A model generated the notes under the pieces. The model searched no databases. It was not told the origin of the DNA and saw only the letters and a list, made by a program, of their open reading frames with translations. From contig OZ210884.1 in the NCBI GenBank assembly GCA_964658305.1, positions 7,068,001 to 7,132,000 on the forward strand: a stretch of 64,000 nucleotides of DNA, in the 5' to 3' direction. The position numbers were made by a program, and so were the translations under genes. This document shows positions 22,630-34,481 of the stretch, piece after piece (position 1 is the stretch's first letter; every line of letters starts with the position of its first letter). This DNA is from Leptogorgia sarmentosa (Eukaryota).

Positions 22630-25600
22630 TTACTGCGTTTCTTCCAATATGACGATCTTGCAGATTGGTCTTTCCAGCACGGACGTAGCAGTCTTCAGCT
22701 TCACACTTCGAACGTATCCGTCGCTCCGATTATGATGAACTTCGATCACTCGTGCCAGCGGCCATAAGCTTCTTGGTGTATTCTCTTGGAGTACAAGAAC
22801 GATGTCACCAACTTGTACATTCTTTCTTGGTTGATTCCACTTGTGCCGTTGCTGTAGTATTGGAAGATACTCTTTCAACCATCTTCGCCAGAACACGTCG
22901 GCCATATACTGCACCTGCCGCCACCTACGTCTTGTATACGAGTCTTCCTTTACGAATTTTCCGGGTGGAAGAAGGGGGCCAGCACGTAATAGCAGCAGGT
23001 GGTTCGGGGTTAGGGCTTCGTTGTCTCTTGGGTCGTCGGAGACTTTCGTTATTGGCCGTCCATTTATGATTGCTTCAACTTCACACATTAGAGTATGAAG
23101 ACTCTCGTCGTCTAGGGTTTGCTCACGAAGTAACGCTTTCATCACCTTTCTTATCGTACGAATGCATCTTTCCCAGACCCCGCCATGATGGGATGCTGTA
23201 GGTGGGTTAAAGATCCACTTGATATCCTTTTGTAACAAGTCTTGGTGGATTTTGTCTTGGTTCCAATCTTTGACGCATTTCCGCAATTCCTTTTCTCCGC
23301 TTACGAAATTCCTTCCGTTATCTGATCTGATTTCTTCTGGGTTGCCTCGTCGTGCCACGAATCGTCGTAAGGCGTTGAGGAATGAATCCGTGTCGAGAGA
23401 CGATGCCACCTCAATGTGTATGGCTCGTGTTGTGAGGCATGTGAATATTACACCGTATCTCTTGGCTAGACTTCGTCCGCGTTTAACATTGAATGGACCG
23501 AAACAATCGACGCCTGTAAATGTAAAGGGTGGCCTTGAGGGGGTTACTCGACTCTTCGGTAGGTCGGCCATCTTCTGCTCCGCCACCGGGGATTGTCTGC
23601 GCTTGCAATCGAAACAGTCGTTCACTACCTTTCGAACCAAAAGTCGACCTTTAACTATCCAAAACTTCTGTCGTGTCAAGGACAATACATATTCTAGTCC
23701 CGAGTGCCCAGACAGTTGGTGATAGTGTCTGACAATCAGTGTAGCTACGTGGTGGTGCTTGGGTAGAATGATTTGATGCTTTGCGGCGTCTTCGAGGGGT
23801 GCGTGAGTTAGCCTGCCTCCAACGCACAAGAAACCGTCGATGACTTCTGGACTTAGCTTGTTTATTGTGCTAGTTCTTCTCACGTTGCCAGTTCTCTCTT
23901 TTAGCGTAGTCAGTTCCTTTTGGAAGTTGGACCGTTGTACGGTGGTGAGTATGAATTTCTCTGCCTTCTTCAATTCGTCGAGCTTCAAGGGTTGCGGGTT
24001 CTCTGCTATTTGTCCTGAAATGTCGATCGTTTCTCCGTTCTTTCGTTTATTTGCGATTTCCCGAAGTCGTTCTACGTAGCGAATCGCCCATGCAATTGAT
24101 TTTCTGAGACTTTTCCAAGACGAGAATCTTTCGAAACGTGCAGACATATCGCTAGCGGGTTCCGTATCGTTGATGGGAATGTCGGTAGATGTCGTTGCAG
24201 CTGCAGTGGCGTTTTTTCTCACTTCGGGATCGCGTTCGGGTAGGATGGGTTTTATCTCTTCTTGTTGTGGCCAGTGTTCGCGATGTTTCCAAAGGAAGTC
24301 CGGTCCCTTTAACCATCGTTCGCCTTCGAGCAATTCTTGAACCGTTAGGCCTCGGGAGGCGTCGTCTGCTGGATTTAGGTTGGTGTTCACGTACTTCCAT
24401 TGGGACATTTCCGTTGCATCTTGGATCTTGGAAACCCTGTTTGCCACAAACGTTTGGAATCTCGTGCTCTCGTTACCGATATATTTCAGGACACACGTGC
24501 TGTCCGTCCAGAATAATGATTGGTCCACTTTCATATCGAGCTCCTGCTTCATCATCTTGTCGAGCCTTGTTGCAACGACTGCCGCGGACAGTTCTAATCT
24601 TGGGATTGTCATAGCTTTTAACGGCGCCAATCGAGATTTTCCAATTAGGAAGCAGCAGTGGACGTCCCCATACTGGTTGACTATTCGTATATATGTCACG
24701 GCTCCGTAGGCTTTCTGCGAAGCATCTGAGAATGTATGCAGCTCGCTTGAAGTTATTTCGCCAAAATCAGCTGGCTTGAGACAACGATCTACGAAGACCT
24801 TTTCGAGTTCGGGGAGCATAGCTAACCAATTCTGCCATCGATCTAGGGCTTCTTTGGGAATTAATTCGTCCCATCCTAAATTACTTCGACAGAGATCTTG
24901 CAGTATAGTCTTGGCCACGAGGACAAAGGGTGAAACAAATCCTAGTGGGTCATAGATGGAGCTAACCACGGAGAGAATGCCTCGTCTTGTTGCCGGTCTA
25001 TCTTTTATGATTATCTTGTAGCCGAACACATCGGAGATGATGTTCCACCTTACACCGAGCGCTCTTTCAACGTGGACTTGACCAAAGTCCAGGTCCTTCA
25101 CCTTCGCTGCTCGTTCACTTTCTGGCAGAGATTCCAACACATTCCGTGAGTTCGATGTCCACTTGGTTAGTCGGAATCCGCCTCTCCTTAGCAGCTCGTA
25201 GAGATTGGTCGCAAGGCTAATTCCTGCCTTTTCATCTTCAACCGATTTCAGGCAATCGTCGACATAGAAGTTTCTTTCCACAGTTTTAATTACGTGCGGA
25301 TCAAACTTCTCTCGATTGTCATCAGCAGTTTTCGTAAGGGCATAATTGGCGCAGCTTGGCGATGAGATAGCACCAAATAAATGGACCATCATCTGGTACT
25401 CTTCTGGATTGGAGGATGTATCGCTGTTCGGCCACCACAAAAAGCGTAGTACGTCACAATCTTTGAGCGGGACACGAACTTGGTGGAACATGGCTTCGAT
25501 GTCGGCCATGAAGGCCACAGGACCTTTTCTGAATCTTGTCAAGACGCCCGTCAACGTATTCGTCAGATCCGGCCCCTGTAGAAGCTCGTCGTTTAGAGAA

Positions 25601-28600
25601 GTACCTTCGAATTTTGCCGAGCAATCAAATACGACTCTTGTCTTGTCTGGCTTCTGTGGGTGGAACACTGGGTGGTGGGGTAGATACCAAACGTTGCCAA
25701 CGTTTACGTTGCTATTATCGGGATTTAGCTGTTTCTCTGGCACCTTTCTAGCGTAGCCTTTCATCACGAGGTCTTCGATTTAGTTGTTGTAATTCGTCAA
25801 CAATTTGGGGTCTTTATCTAAACGTTTTTTCAAGAACTTCAAACGACATTCTGCCATTAACCGGTTGTTAGGTAGTCTAGGCGCGGTCTTCCTCCAGGGT
25901 AACGCGACTTCATAATGACCTTCAGTCAACTTGGTTGAACCATTCATTATGTTCAGAGCTCTCTGGTCTTCTTTAGATAGTGAGAGTCTATTCGAGTCCT
26001 GTGTGTCAGTGAATTCCATGTTGCAAAACTCTTCGAACAGATTTTCTAGTTTGGCATCGGTTGCTTGAACGAAGTTTGTGGTGCGTTCCGAGGTAGCGTT
26101 CCTCCCTAGGGGACCGTTCACTACCCAACCGAAAATCGTTTTAGTTGCGTACGGTCCACCGTCCTTGCCTTTTCTTATTTCTATTGGTTCCAGAACTTCC
26201 GGAACATCACATCCGATCAATAATCCTATTTCTTCGTCGATTCGATCAATTCTAATGTCGGATAGATACGTCCATTTGTCAATGTCTTCTCGCGTAGCTA
26301 GATTTCTGGTGGAAACAGGTAAACTCGGTGTAGAGAACACAGTTTTTATAGCAACGGTGTTTTTTCCGTTCAAATCGGAAAGCTCTAGACCCACGATCGA
26401 ACTTTCTGTTTTGCTGTTTGCCTTTTCCATGGTCGTCAGTGAGAGCATGGTTCTTTCGCCTTTGATATTCAGCCTTTTCATTAGGTCTTGTGAGCAGAAA
26501 GAGGTGTTTGAGCCACTATCAAGGAATGCATAAGTTTCCACGAGGGTGTCGCCGTCCAAAGCCCTTACTTTGACTGGTACGATAGCTAAACCAACAGCAG
26601 CACAGACGGGTTTTGATGTTCCCTTCGACTCTTTGATTGATCTCACGTAGGCGGTTTGTGCTTCGTTCCCAATCTCTTTATCTTCTGTAGTTTCGTGTTT
26701 TGATTTATGCTGTTGTTCATCCTTTGTCTTGACATTCTCATGGAGGTACGTCGAGTGCCTTTCCTTGCAACCTTGGACTTTGCAGAAACTTTCCTTCGGG
26801 CAATTTCTTGCCAGATGGCCTCGCGTTAGACAGTTATCACATAGACCCTTCCTTCGCACGAGCTTGAATCTTTCGATTAATGACATTTTCTTGAATTGAC
26901 CGCATTGAGATAGCCAGTGATTGCCGTCACATTCTGGACATTTAGGTAATGATTTCTTTGGGATCTCATCTCGAAGGTGTTCATCTTGATTAATAGCGAA
27001 GTTTGTTCTAGAGTTCCCTTCCCGTTTCCGATTGCGATCGCGAGCTGGATCCCTTGGATCTTCTTTAGTTTCGTTCGACAGATTTCCAAAAATTGGATGG
27101 GAGGAAGCTCGTGCCTTTGTCTCCACAAATTCAGCTATGTCATCGATAGTTATCTCTCGTGATTCTCTTTCGGTTATCTTGTCAACCGCGTCTCTCCAGG
27201 TTCTCCGCATACCATAAGGTAGGCGATTGATTATCTTTCTTAAGCTGTCTGGATTTTCGAGCTTGCTTGAATACCCAATGGCTCTTAGCGTGTTCTTACA
27301 GCTCGTTAAGAGGGTAGAAAAACGTTGAAGGGCAACGGTATCTTCTGGTTTTATAGTTGGACCAGTGGTAATGCGATCAACGTATGATGCGGCGATTTTG
27401 TAGTTCTGTCCATATCTTCGTTTCAGCAGCCGCCGTGCCTCTGCATAGCCTTCCTCAGTCTTCATCGATAAACAACTTTTCATAAGCTCTTGCACATCAC
27501 CACGAGTGTACTGGATGAGATAGTAGAGTCTGGCACTGTCACTATCCGTATTCGTTTCGATGAGATTCTCGAAAGCTCTCACGAATGTTTGGTAGTCGAT
27601 TGGATCGCCATTGAAGATCGGTACTTCTGGTTTTGGTAGCATCATGGCATTGGCAGTTTGCTTCTGGGTTTGTAGAAAACGCTCAAATTGCGAATTGTCT
27701 TCTTCGATTCGGCTGGGTTTCGTAGTTTTGATGTTCTCGTTCCTATCCTGGTGGTTTTCTGGGGCCTCGCTTCTTTTCCCATTTTCTTTGGAGCGGGTTT
27801 GAGGTGGTGATGATTCCACTGTTTCGCGTTCATTTACCGTGGCTTTCCGTCTACAGCTATGAGTTTGCGCTTCACTCTCCTTCTGTGGCAAATCAGTCAT
27901 CACCGGTTCATTACTGCCCTCTGGTAGACCACACGCCATTTCTATCTTCTCCGCCTCAACATAGGCGTGTTCTTCGGCGGTTGCCATTGCCAACTGGGTT
28001 TCTAATTCGAGTTCCTCGGCCAATTTCTCCAGACGAAATTGCTCTTCTTGCAGGGCTCGTTTTTTGCGGAAGGAAGCAGCCTGCGCTTGAAGTCTTGCTC
28101 TCTTTGCCGTTGCCTTTGCTTTCGAAAGGGATATCGAGCTTGATAAAGACGCGTTCGATACGTTGGAGCTGACCTTTGAATGTTGTGTGACACTCTCAGG
28201 TCCGACATTACTCGCTGAGTCTTCTGGTCGTACGTCGGCGAAATCCGACTGATAGGCAAGTCGTTCATTCCACTCTTCAAATTTCTGCTTCAGATCGGCG
28301 ATACGCTCCATTTCGGTAGAGAAATAGTCGTTAGATTCGTGTATGTCGTCTTCGTCCTTTAGAGTTTCATGCAATGATTTACGCGCATTCACAAATTTAT
28401 CGATTGCTGTTTCGAGATGTAGCATTTTTTGCTTGATTTCGGGCGCGTTGACTTTAGTCGCATCTAGCATTAATTGTTTTATTTCATTATGTTTTTTGGT
28501 CAAGGCTCGTTTCGCGCTGGTTCTGTCTCCCTTTAATTGACGTATATTGATAGGCGCGTTTTGAAATTCCGGCGTGTCAATCGTGTCGTGTTCCTTTTCG

Positions 28601-28662
28601 TACGTAATTTCACCGCTAACAGATATTTGTGGGAGATCCATTAGTTCGTTCGTTTTATTCAT
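22630..28662 (-). pseudogene. BEL/Pao gag-pol polyprotein (~2,010 codons) with one in-frame stop
   Basis: ATG at 28662 (MNKTNELM). Three Gag zinc knuckles (CPECDGNHWLSQC, CDNCLTRGHLARNC, CKVQGCKERH..LH), protease FLDSGS, RT YVDD, RNase H FSDAS, integrase (GVDCFGP, SDNG, GGVWER). A TAA at 25780-25782 is in frame with the downstream ORF. Confidence 0.93.
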
Positions 28663-28757
28663 TTTAATTTCCTGCGCGGAAGGCGATTGGCTATGTGTAA
28701 AACCCGGAACGGGGAATCGGGGAACGGAACGAGGAACGGAACGAGGAACGGGAAAAC

Positions 28758-29073
28758 CCGGAACGAGAAAAGCCGGAATCTGTAAAACCCGGAACATGAA
28801 AAGCCGGAATCTGTAAAACCCGGAACATGAAAAGCCGGAATCTGTAAAACCCGGAACATGAAAAGCCGGAATCTGTAAAACCCGGAACATGAAAAGCCGG
28901 AATCTGTAAAACCCGGAACATGAAAAGCCGGAATCTGTAAAACCCGGAACATAAAAAGCCGGAATCTGTAAAACCCGGAACATGAAAAGCCGGAATCTGT
29001 AAAACCCGGAACATAAAAAGCCGGAATCTGTAAAACCCGGAACATGAAAAGCCGGAATCTGTAAAACCCGGAA
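28758..29073 (+). repeat. 31-bp tandem array (CCGGAACATGAAAAGCCGGAATCTGTAAAAC)n in the left foldback arm
   Basis: About 10 visible copies. Confidence 0.95.
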
Positions 29074-30620
29074 CGAGGTTTTACGGCAAAATGAGCATGT
29101 TTACTGTAACACAGTCTCTCATGTAAAAATAATGTAAAATGCACTTTTGACTAAACTTGTTATGCAATCTACCATGCAGATACAGATAGAAAAAAAAATT
29201 GAAACATTTTCGCAACGTTCGCAACGAAACCAAGACAAGCACTTAGGAGTAATTTTCTTTCATTTATGTACGAGTGCACTATAGCTAAAACTTCTAATTT
29301 ATCCGGTTTTCGTGCTCTATGATATTTTATATACTGCAATAAAAATCTGTCAGACTTGCCGGATGAGCCATACACCTTTGATAGACTTTGATAGGTACAA
29401 ACGATAATACTATGAATCATATATGACTCTAAGTCTCTAACATATACTCACATAGTCAGAGAGATACAAGAGAAAGGAAAACGCAGCGTAATAAGGTAGT
29501 ATTTTCAAACCTACGCAAAGAATAAACTGGCATGAATCAACAGCAGGGCGCAGTCGAACCCTTAGTTAAATCGCAACAATATCCATGATGACTTCGCATG
29601 TTTTGCCGCGAAAGAACTTGGTCATTATATCCGCAATACGTTTCTGTTATCTTACTATAAATATAGCCTGTATATTTTAGATAGACACGTTAGTAGAGTA
29701 ATCAACAGAACAAGCAGCAGAACCTCTGTTTACGATTGTAATACAGTGAAGTATAACCACAGTTGGTAGCCGTCTACTAACTGTGTTATAACGTATCTGG
29801 TGTCATCGTGACCTGTGACCTTCGTTGAATTTTTGTAAAATCAACGTGATTTGTGATTTTGTCTGTTGTTGAGCGAAACAAAGGCCAGGCCAAAGGGAGA
29901 CAATCCCTAGCAGACTTGCTCGAAGATTAGTTCGAAAATAATTAATTAATTCAAGTATAAAGGAGCTAAAACGGGCGCAAGCCTTTAGACAGCTATGCGC
30001 GTGCTAAGGTTGTGCGCGCGGAACGCTGTAATCAGTTATATTGGGATGCAAAGGAATCTGTTTTCTAAGTACATTTTCGATGCTCATCCTGCGGCCTATT
30101 AAGAGTTCGACTGCGCCCTGCTGTTGATTCATGCCAGTTTATTCTTTGCGTAGGTTTGAAAGTACTGTTGTGTTACTGAGTATACTGACTTTATTGTAAA
30201 ATAGAGCGTGCCTTATATACAACAATCTTATGGTAATCTTATGGTAATGATATGCTAATAACACTACAAGTACTACCTCCTTATGCTGCGTTTTTCTTTC
30301 TCTTCTATCTCTCTGACTACGTGAGTATATGTTAGAGACTTAGAGTCATATATGATTCATAGTATTATCGTTTGTACCTATCAAAGGTGTATGGCTCATC
30401 CGGCAAGTCTGACAGATTTTTATTGCAGTGTATAAAATATCATAGAGCACGAAATCCGGATAAATGAGAAGTTTTAGCTATGGTGCACAGTGCACTCGTA
30501 CATAAATGAAAGAAAATGATTCCTGGTTTCGTTGCGAACGTTGCGAAAATGTTTTCATCTCTCTGTATCTGCGTGGTAGGTTCATAACAAGTGTAGTCAA
30601 AAGTGCATTTTACATTATTT

Positions 30621-31729
30621 TTGTATCTGCGTGACGTAGTGACGCAGATATATTGCTATCGTCTTGTAACTGTAACTGTAACCGTAACCGTGCTTGCAGC
30701 CAATCAGAGCTTCGTGCTGTTAGCTTCTAGCCAATCAGAGCTTCGTGCTGTTAGCTTGTACCCAATCAGAGCAGAGCTTTTCGCATATCGATAATTTCCG
30801 ATGTTGATTTCGTGCGGCGTCGTATCTCATGTTCGCCATTTGTAAATACTTCGAAGCGACCAAATCGTTTAAAATATTGTACTTTTTTCTCATTTCTATC
30901 CTACTTTTGTCGCCATTTTATACGGATACCTATCTTGATCTGGTAAGTGTAAACATGACAGAATTACAGCAGGTTTTACGGGTTGCTTGGATATCAAAAG
31001 TAGGATAGAAATGAGACACTGCGTGCCGCAGATTTATACGCAGATACGCAAAAATATCACGACGCAAATCATACATTGGCATTGCTTTTAAAGATATTAA
31101 AGAGTTTTGCTATGGAATTTAGATCATCAAAGCAGAAATATCATGACGCAAATTATACATTGTATTACCTTAAACACACACAGCGAAATGAGCGAAATGA
31201 GCTTGTAATGAAACGCGTTTTATTTGTTAAGCGCGAGACAAAACAAACAAAATCATATATAGTTTCAAGTATTCTGTTTTGAACCTACGCGCATACCGAT
31301 CATACACTTGAGCGTCTAGGCAAATACTGCATGAATGGATGGAATATAGCGCATATAAATATATTATTATAATATGGTTTTGAAAAGAGTAAATTTGGTT
31401 TTTAGAAAGCCACATTTTTCACAAACAATCGCAAAGCGCTGTGTCTATTTTAAAGACGCAATAGCATAAAATGCGATATCATATTTCGTCAAGTTTAAAT
31501 TCATTATGCAATTTGTTATGAATCGCGCGAATTCCGGAATGCGAGAAGTCATGAAAGCTTATATCAAGTATTGAATACGTCTCACGTCTTAACCATGCAC
31601 AACCTCACGTCAAAAAAGAAATAAGTATTTGCGCTATTCGCCTATTCCCTAGCAATAAATCATTTTATACATCGCTGGTAGCCAAGCTACATAGGCGCAG
31701 ATACATGTACACTTTGTGTACCTATTTTT
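30621..31729 (+). mobile_element. Helentron-associated non-autonomous element (HINE/DINE-1-like) nested in the foldback arm
   Basis: 5' subTIR GTATCTGCG (30623) with a nearby inverted copy (30643), a (GTAACY)n microsatellite (30666-30691) and three AGCCAATCAGAGC-type repeats. The 3' subTIR CGCAGATAC (31696) is followed by hairpin GTACAC-ttt-GTGTAC and a T run. It is inserted in a T run with no TSD. Confidence 0.75.
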
Positions 31730-31750
31730 ACCATTTTGCCGTAAAACCTC

Positions 31751-32098
31751 GTTCCGGGTTTTACAGATTCCGGCTTTTTATGTTCCGGGTTTTACAGATT
31801 CCGGCTTTTTATGTTCCGGGTTTTACAGATTCCGGCTTTTCATGTTCCGGGTTTTACAGATTCCGGCTTTTTATGTTCCGGGTTTTACAGATTCCGGCTT
31901 TTTATGTTCCGGGTTTTACAGATTCCGGCTTTTCATGTTCCGGGTTTTACAGATTCCGGCTTTTTATGTTCCGGGTTTTACAGATTCCGGCTTTTCATGT
32001 TCCGGGTTTTACAGATTCCGGCTTTTCATGTTCCGGGTTTTACAGATTCCGGCTTTTCATGTTCCGGGTTTTACAGATTCCGGCTTTTCTCGTTCCGG
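31751..32098 (-). repeat. 31-bp tandem array in the right foldback arm (inverse orientation)
   Basis: About 11 copies, reverse complement of 28758-29073. Confidence 0.95.
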
Positions 32099-32368
32099 GT
32101 TTTCCCGTTCCTCGTTCCGTTCCCCGATTCCCCGTTCCGTGTTTTACAGATAGCCGAAGGCGATTTCAAGTGTTATTAGCCTCGTATTTTGGACTTCGTC
32201 AAACGCGAACGTCAGAATGTCAGATCTTAGGGGATTAGTGCGTTTTTCGAATTCTTTCTTTGGCCTGCGGCGTCCACGCGATCACGCAATGTTAGATAAG
32301 TTGTACAATAGAAACTATTCACAGTTCACTGGGACTTCGCATATATAAACGGAGCAAATTCGAACTTA

Positions 32369-33989
32369 TGTAGGCCTTTGCTGATCTTGCTTCCCCGATT
32401 TCGCTTCTTGACCTACAGGGGGTTGACTTAGCGTTTCGCGGGAGGCTTGAGGAGTTTCGAACTTCGCTGATTTAGCTCAATAACACAGATGTGATAATGA
32501 TAGATATTTATTTCGATATGGATTCAATGTTCATCAGATGTGCGAGTTCGAACTAAAGGTGGCAAATAAACTATACTAAACCTAAGGTTAATTAATACAC
32601 ATTACACAAGTCATGCAAGTCATGCAACAGTTCATGATACTGTTCAACACGTTAAATAGCCAGTAACGCAAAATAACAAAACAATATGATACAAGAATAA
32701 ATCGCTCTTACTTTGGTCTCCTCTCTACGGTCGTTGAATATAGCTGCTTAGCCCGAATCGATTGATAATGTAATAGCGGTGTGACTGTAATAATCCTCTC
32801 TACTTGCAATCAGATCTTGTTCTATCTCGCTATCTCGCATGCATGTTAAAGGTGGGTTACAGTCCCTTCTGCGCATGTGCGCTGAGTTTGTTATGAGTAG
32901 GCTACTCATGTTACAATCATAACAAGTTCCCAGTCCTACAGAGTAATAACACGCGCGGCCGCCTAAATGTTTTCACTGTCGTGGGCTGCAAGGAGCGATG
33001 GCTGATCCAGGCGCGTCAAGTTCCGCAAAAAACCTTCAAATACTAAGCGTCGTTGCATATCTGACGCTAGAAAGGTATATGACAAGAAAAGAGACGCATC
33101 TTTCGAGCGGTGGAGAGCGTTCAAACAAGAACGCAGCCTGAAGACTGACCAGAATGTGGCAGATTTTCTGCTCGACATTTAATACGCACGGAGAAACACG
33201 TTATGGTGAGTGTGTTGATAATTTATATAACTAAACCTTCGACCTTTTATAATGATTTTACGCTTTTGGCCTTTGTCTTCACAAGAACAATCAACCCCTA
33301 TTCGTAATTCATATATTTCGCTAAAAAGCTTTAACGAATATTGAATAAGTTTTGGGGTATTCTTACAAATACAAATTGACATGTAATGACTTGGGGGCGA
33401 AACGACTTGGGGCGAATCGACTTGGGGGCGAAACGACTAGATTCCACAGCGAATACATATAAAATATGTAAAGGGAAGTACATTATTAAAGCGTAAAATC
33501 ATCATAAAAGGTCAAAGGTTTAGTTACTGTTTATTATCAACACACTCACGATAACGTGTTTTTGCGTGCGTAAATTATCGAGCAGAAAATCTGCCACATT
33601 CTGGTCAGTCTTCAGGTTGCGTTCTTGTTTGAACGCTCTCCACCTCTCGAAAGCATCGAATAAAAATATCTTAGATGCGTCTCTTTTCTTGCGCTTAGGA
33701 TTTGAAGGTTTTTTTGCGGAACTTGACGCGCCTGAATCAGCCATCGCTCCTTGCAGCCCACGACAGTGAAAACATTAGGCGGCCGCGCGTGTTGTTATTA
33801 CTCTGTAGGACTGGGAACTTGTTATGATTGTAACATGAGTAGCCTACTCATAACAAACTCAGCGCACATGCGCAGAAGGGACTGTAACCCACCTTTAACT
33901 TATGTCACGTCACTGATGTTATAGGATCAACTAATTAATTAATTATTAAATTGCTGTAAATTGGAATTATTGGATGTTTCAAACTAACA
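32369..33989 (-). repeat. 5' LTR, split by a TTAA insertion
   Basis: 32369-32849 plus 33899-33989 reconstitute a ~572-bp LTR matching 21926-22500. Confidence 0.93.
32850..33894. mobile_element. Kolobok-type non-autonomous palindromic DNA transposon
   Basis: TTAA duplicated at 32846-32849 and 33895-33898; the uninterrupted LTR has a single TTAA here. Termini AGGTGGG...CCCACCT with ~410-bp inverted arms. The right arm carries ORF 33744-33520 (...AFERWRAFKQERNLKTDQNVADFLLD). Confidence 0.85.
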
Positions 33990-34033
33990 GTCGGTAGTTG
34001 TCGGTAGTTGTCGTTAATGAGTAGGACGCTCCA

Positions 34034-34135
34034 AGTATATATCCACACCGGGCAGGCTGAAAAATTAGCCTGGCCTCGGCGGGAATCGAACCCGCGACCT
34101 TTTTCAGCCTGCCCGTTGTGGATATATACTCGGAA
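34034..34135. repeat. tRNA-derived (SINE-like) repeat in inverted, hairpin arrangement
   Basis: B-box-like GGTTCGATTCC on minus (~34082-34093) inside inverted arms AGTATATATCCACA..GGGCAGGCTGAAAAA. A related copy is at ~48630-48760. Confidence 0.7.
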
Positions 34136-34318
34136 TAACATCACAATAACATTCTCCACCTAAGTACACCATAACATCATGGACAGTCATATTATTGTTT
34201 TGCTTTTCGATATCTATCAAGGAAACGCTTGCGAGTAGTGCTCGCAGCCAATCAAATTACAGCATTCGCAATAGTATATTAGTATGATTCTAGTGTTAAT
34301 TATTAAAGTATCCCTCAC

Positions 34319-34481
34319 CTTGTGGATCCCGTTTGAGTTGCAATGCATTGCCAACGATTGGCCAACCTTTAGGGCCGGGAATGGCGGACATAATACGACA
34401 CAACTTGATATGCTTCCATACATGTAGAAGCCAAATACATATCAGAGTTAAAATAGTACCAGGTAAAACTAATGCAAGCAT
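34319..34481 (-). pseudogene. First coding exon of a cytochrome P450 (CYP4-like); no further exons found
   Basis: Hydrophobic signal-anchor, then IPGPKGWPIVGNALQL (P450 proline-rich hinge), ending at donor G|GTGAGG (phase 1). No helix-K, PERF or heme motif was seen downstream in the window. Confidence 0.7.

Larger units (their letters stand above)
28689..32155. mobile_element. Foldback (Mutator-like) non-autonomous transposon with 10-bp TSD, in the 5' UTR of gag
   Basis: TSD GAAGGCGATT at 28679-28688 and 32156-32165; termini GGCTAT...ATAGCC. Inverted arms 28689-29564 versus 30100-32155, the right arm interrupted by an insertion. Confidence 0.9.
21926..33989 (-). mobile_element. BEL/Pao LTR retrotransposon with nested insertions
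   Basis: Two TG...CA LTRs (21926-22500; 32369-33989, interrupted), a polypurine tract AAGGGGCCGGAA next to the 3' LTR (22501-22512, minus strand), and gag-PR-RT-RH-INT domain order. Confidence 0.95.

Noticed and set aside
22752..28540. Plus-strand ORFs within the retrotransposon
   Set aside because: Antisense shadows of gag-pol with no recognisable motifs.
28663..28983. N-terminal extension of the 1067-aa Gag ORF (MFRVLQIPAF... repeats)
   Set aside because: It comes from the 31-bp array of the inserted foldback element. The reconstructed empty site has in-frame stops upstream of ATG 28662.
31705..32238. ORFs of 122-177 aa and a CRISPR-like periodicity
   Set aside because: Translations of the 31-bp tandem array; no spacers.
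34060..34105. Functional tRNA gene
   Set aside because: Only the T-arm/B-box half is present; there is no D-arm or complete cloverleaf, and it is part of a dispersed repeat.
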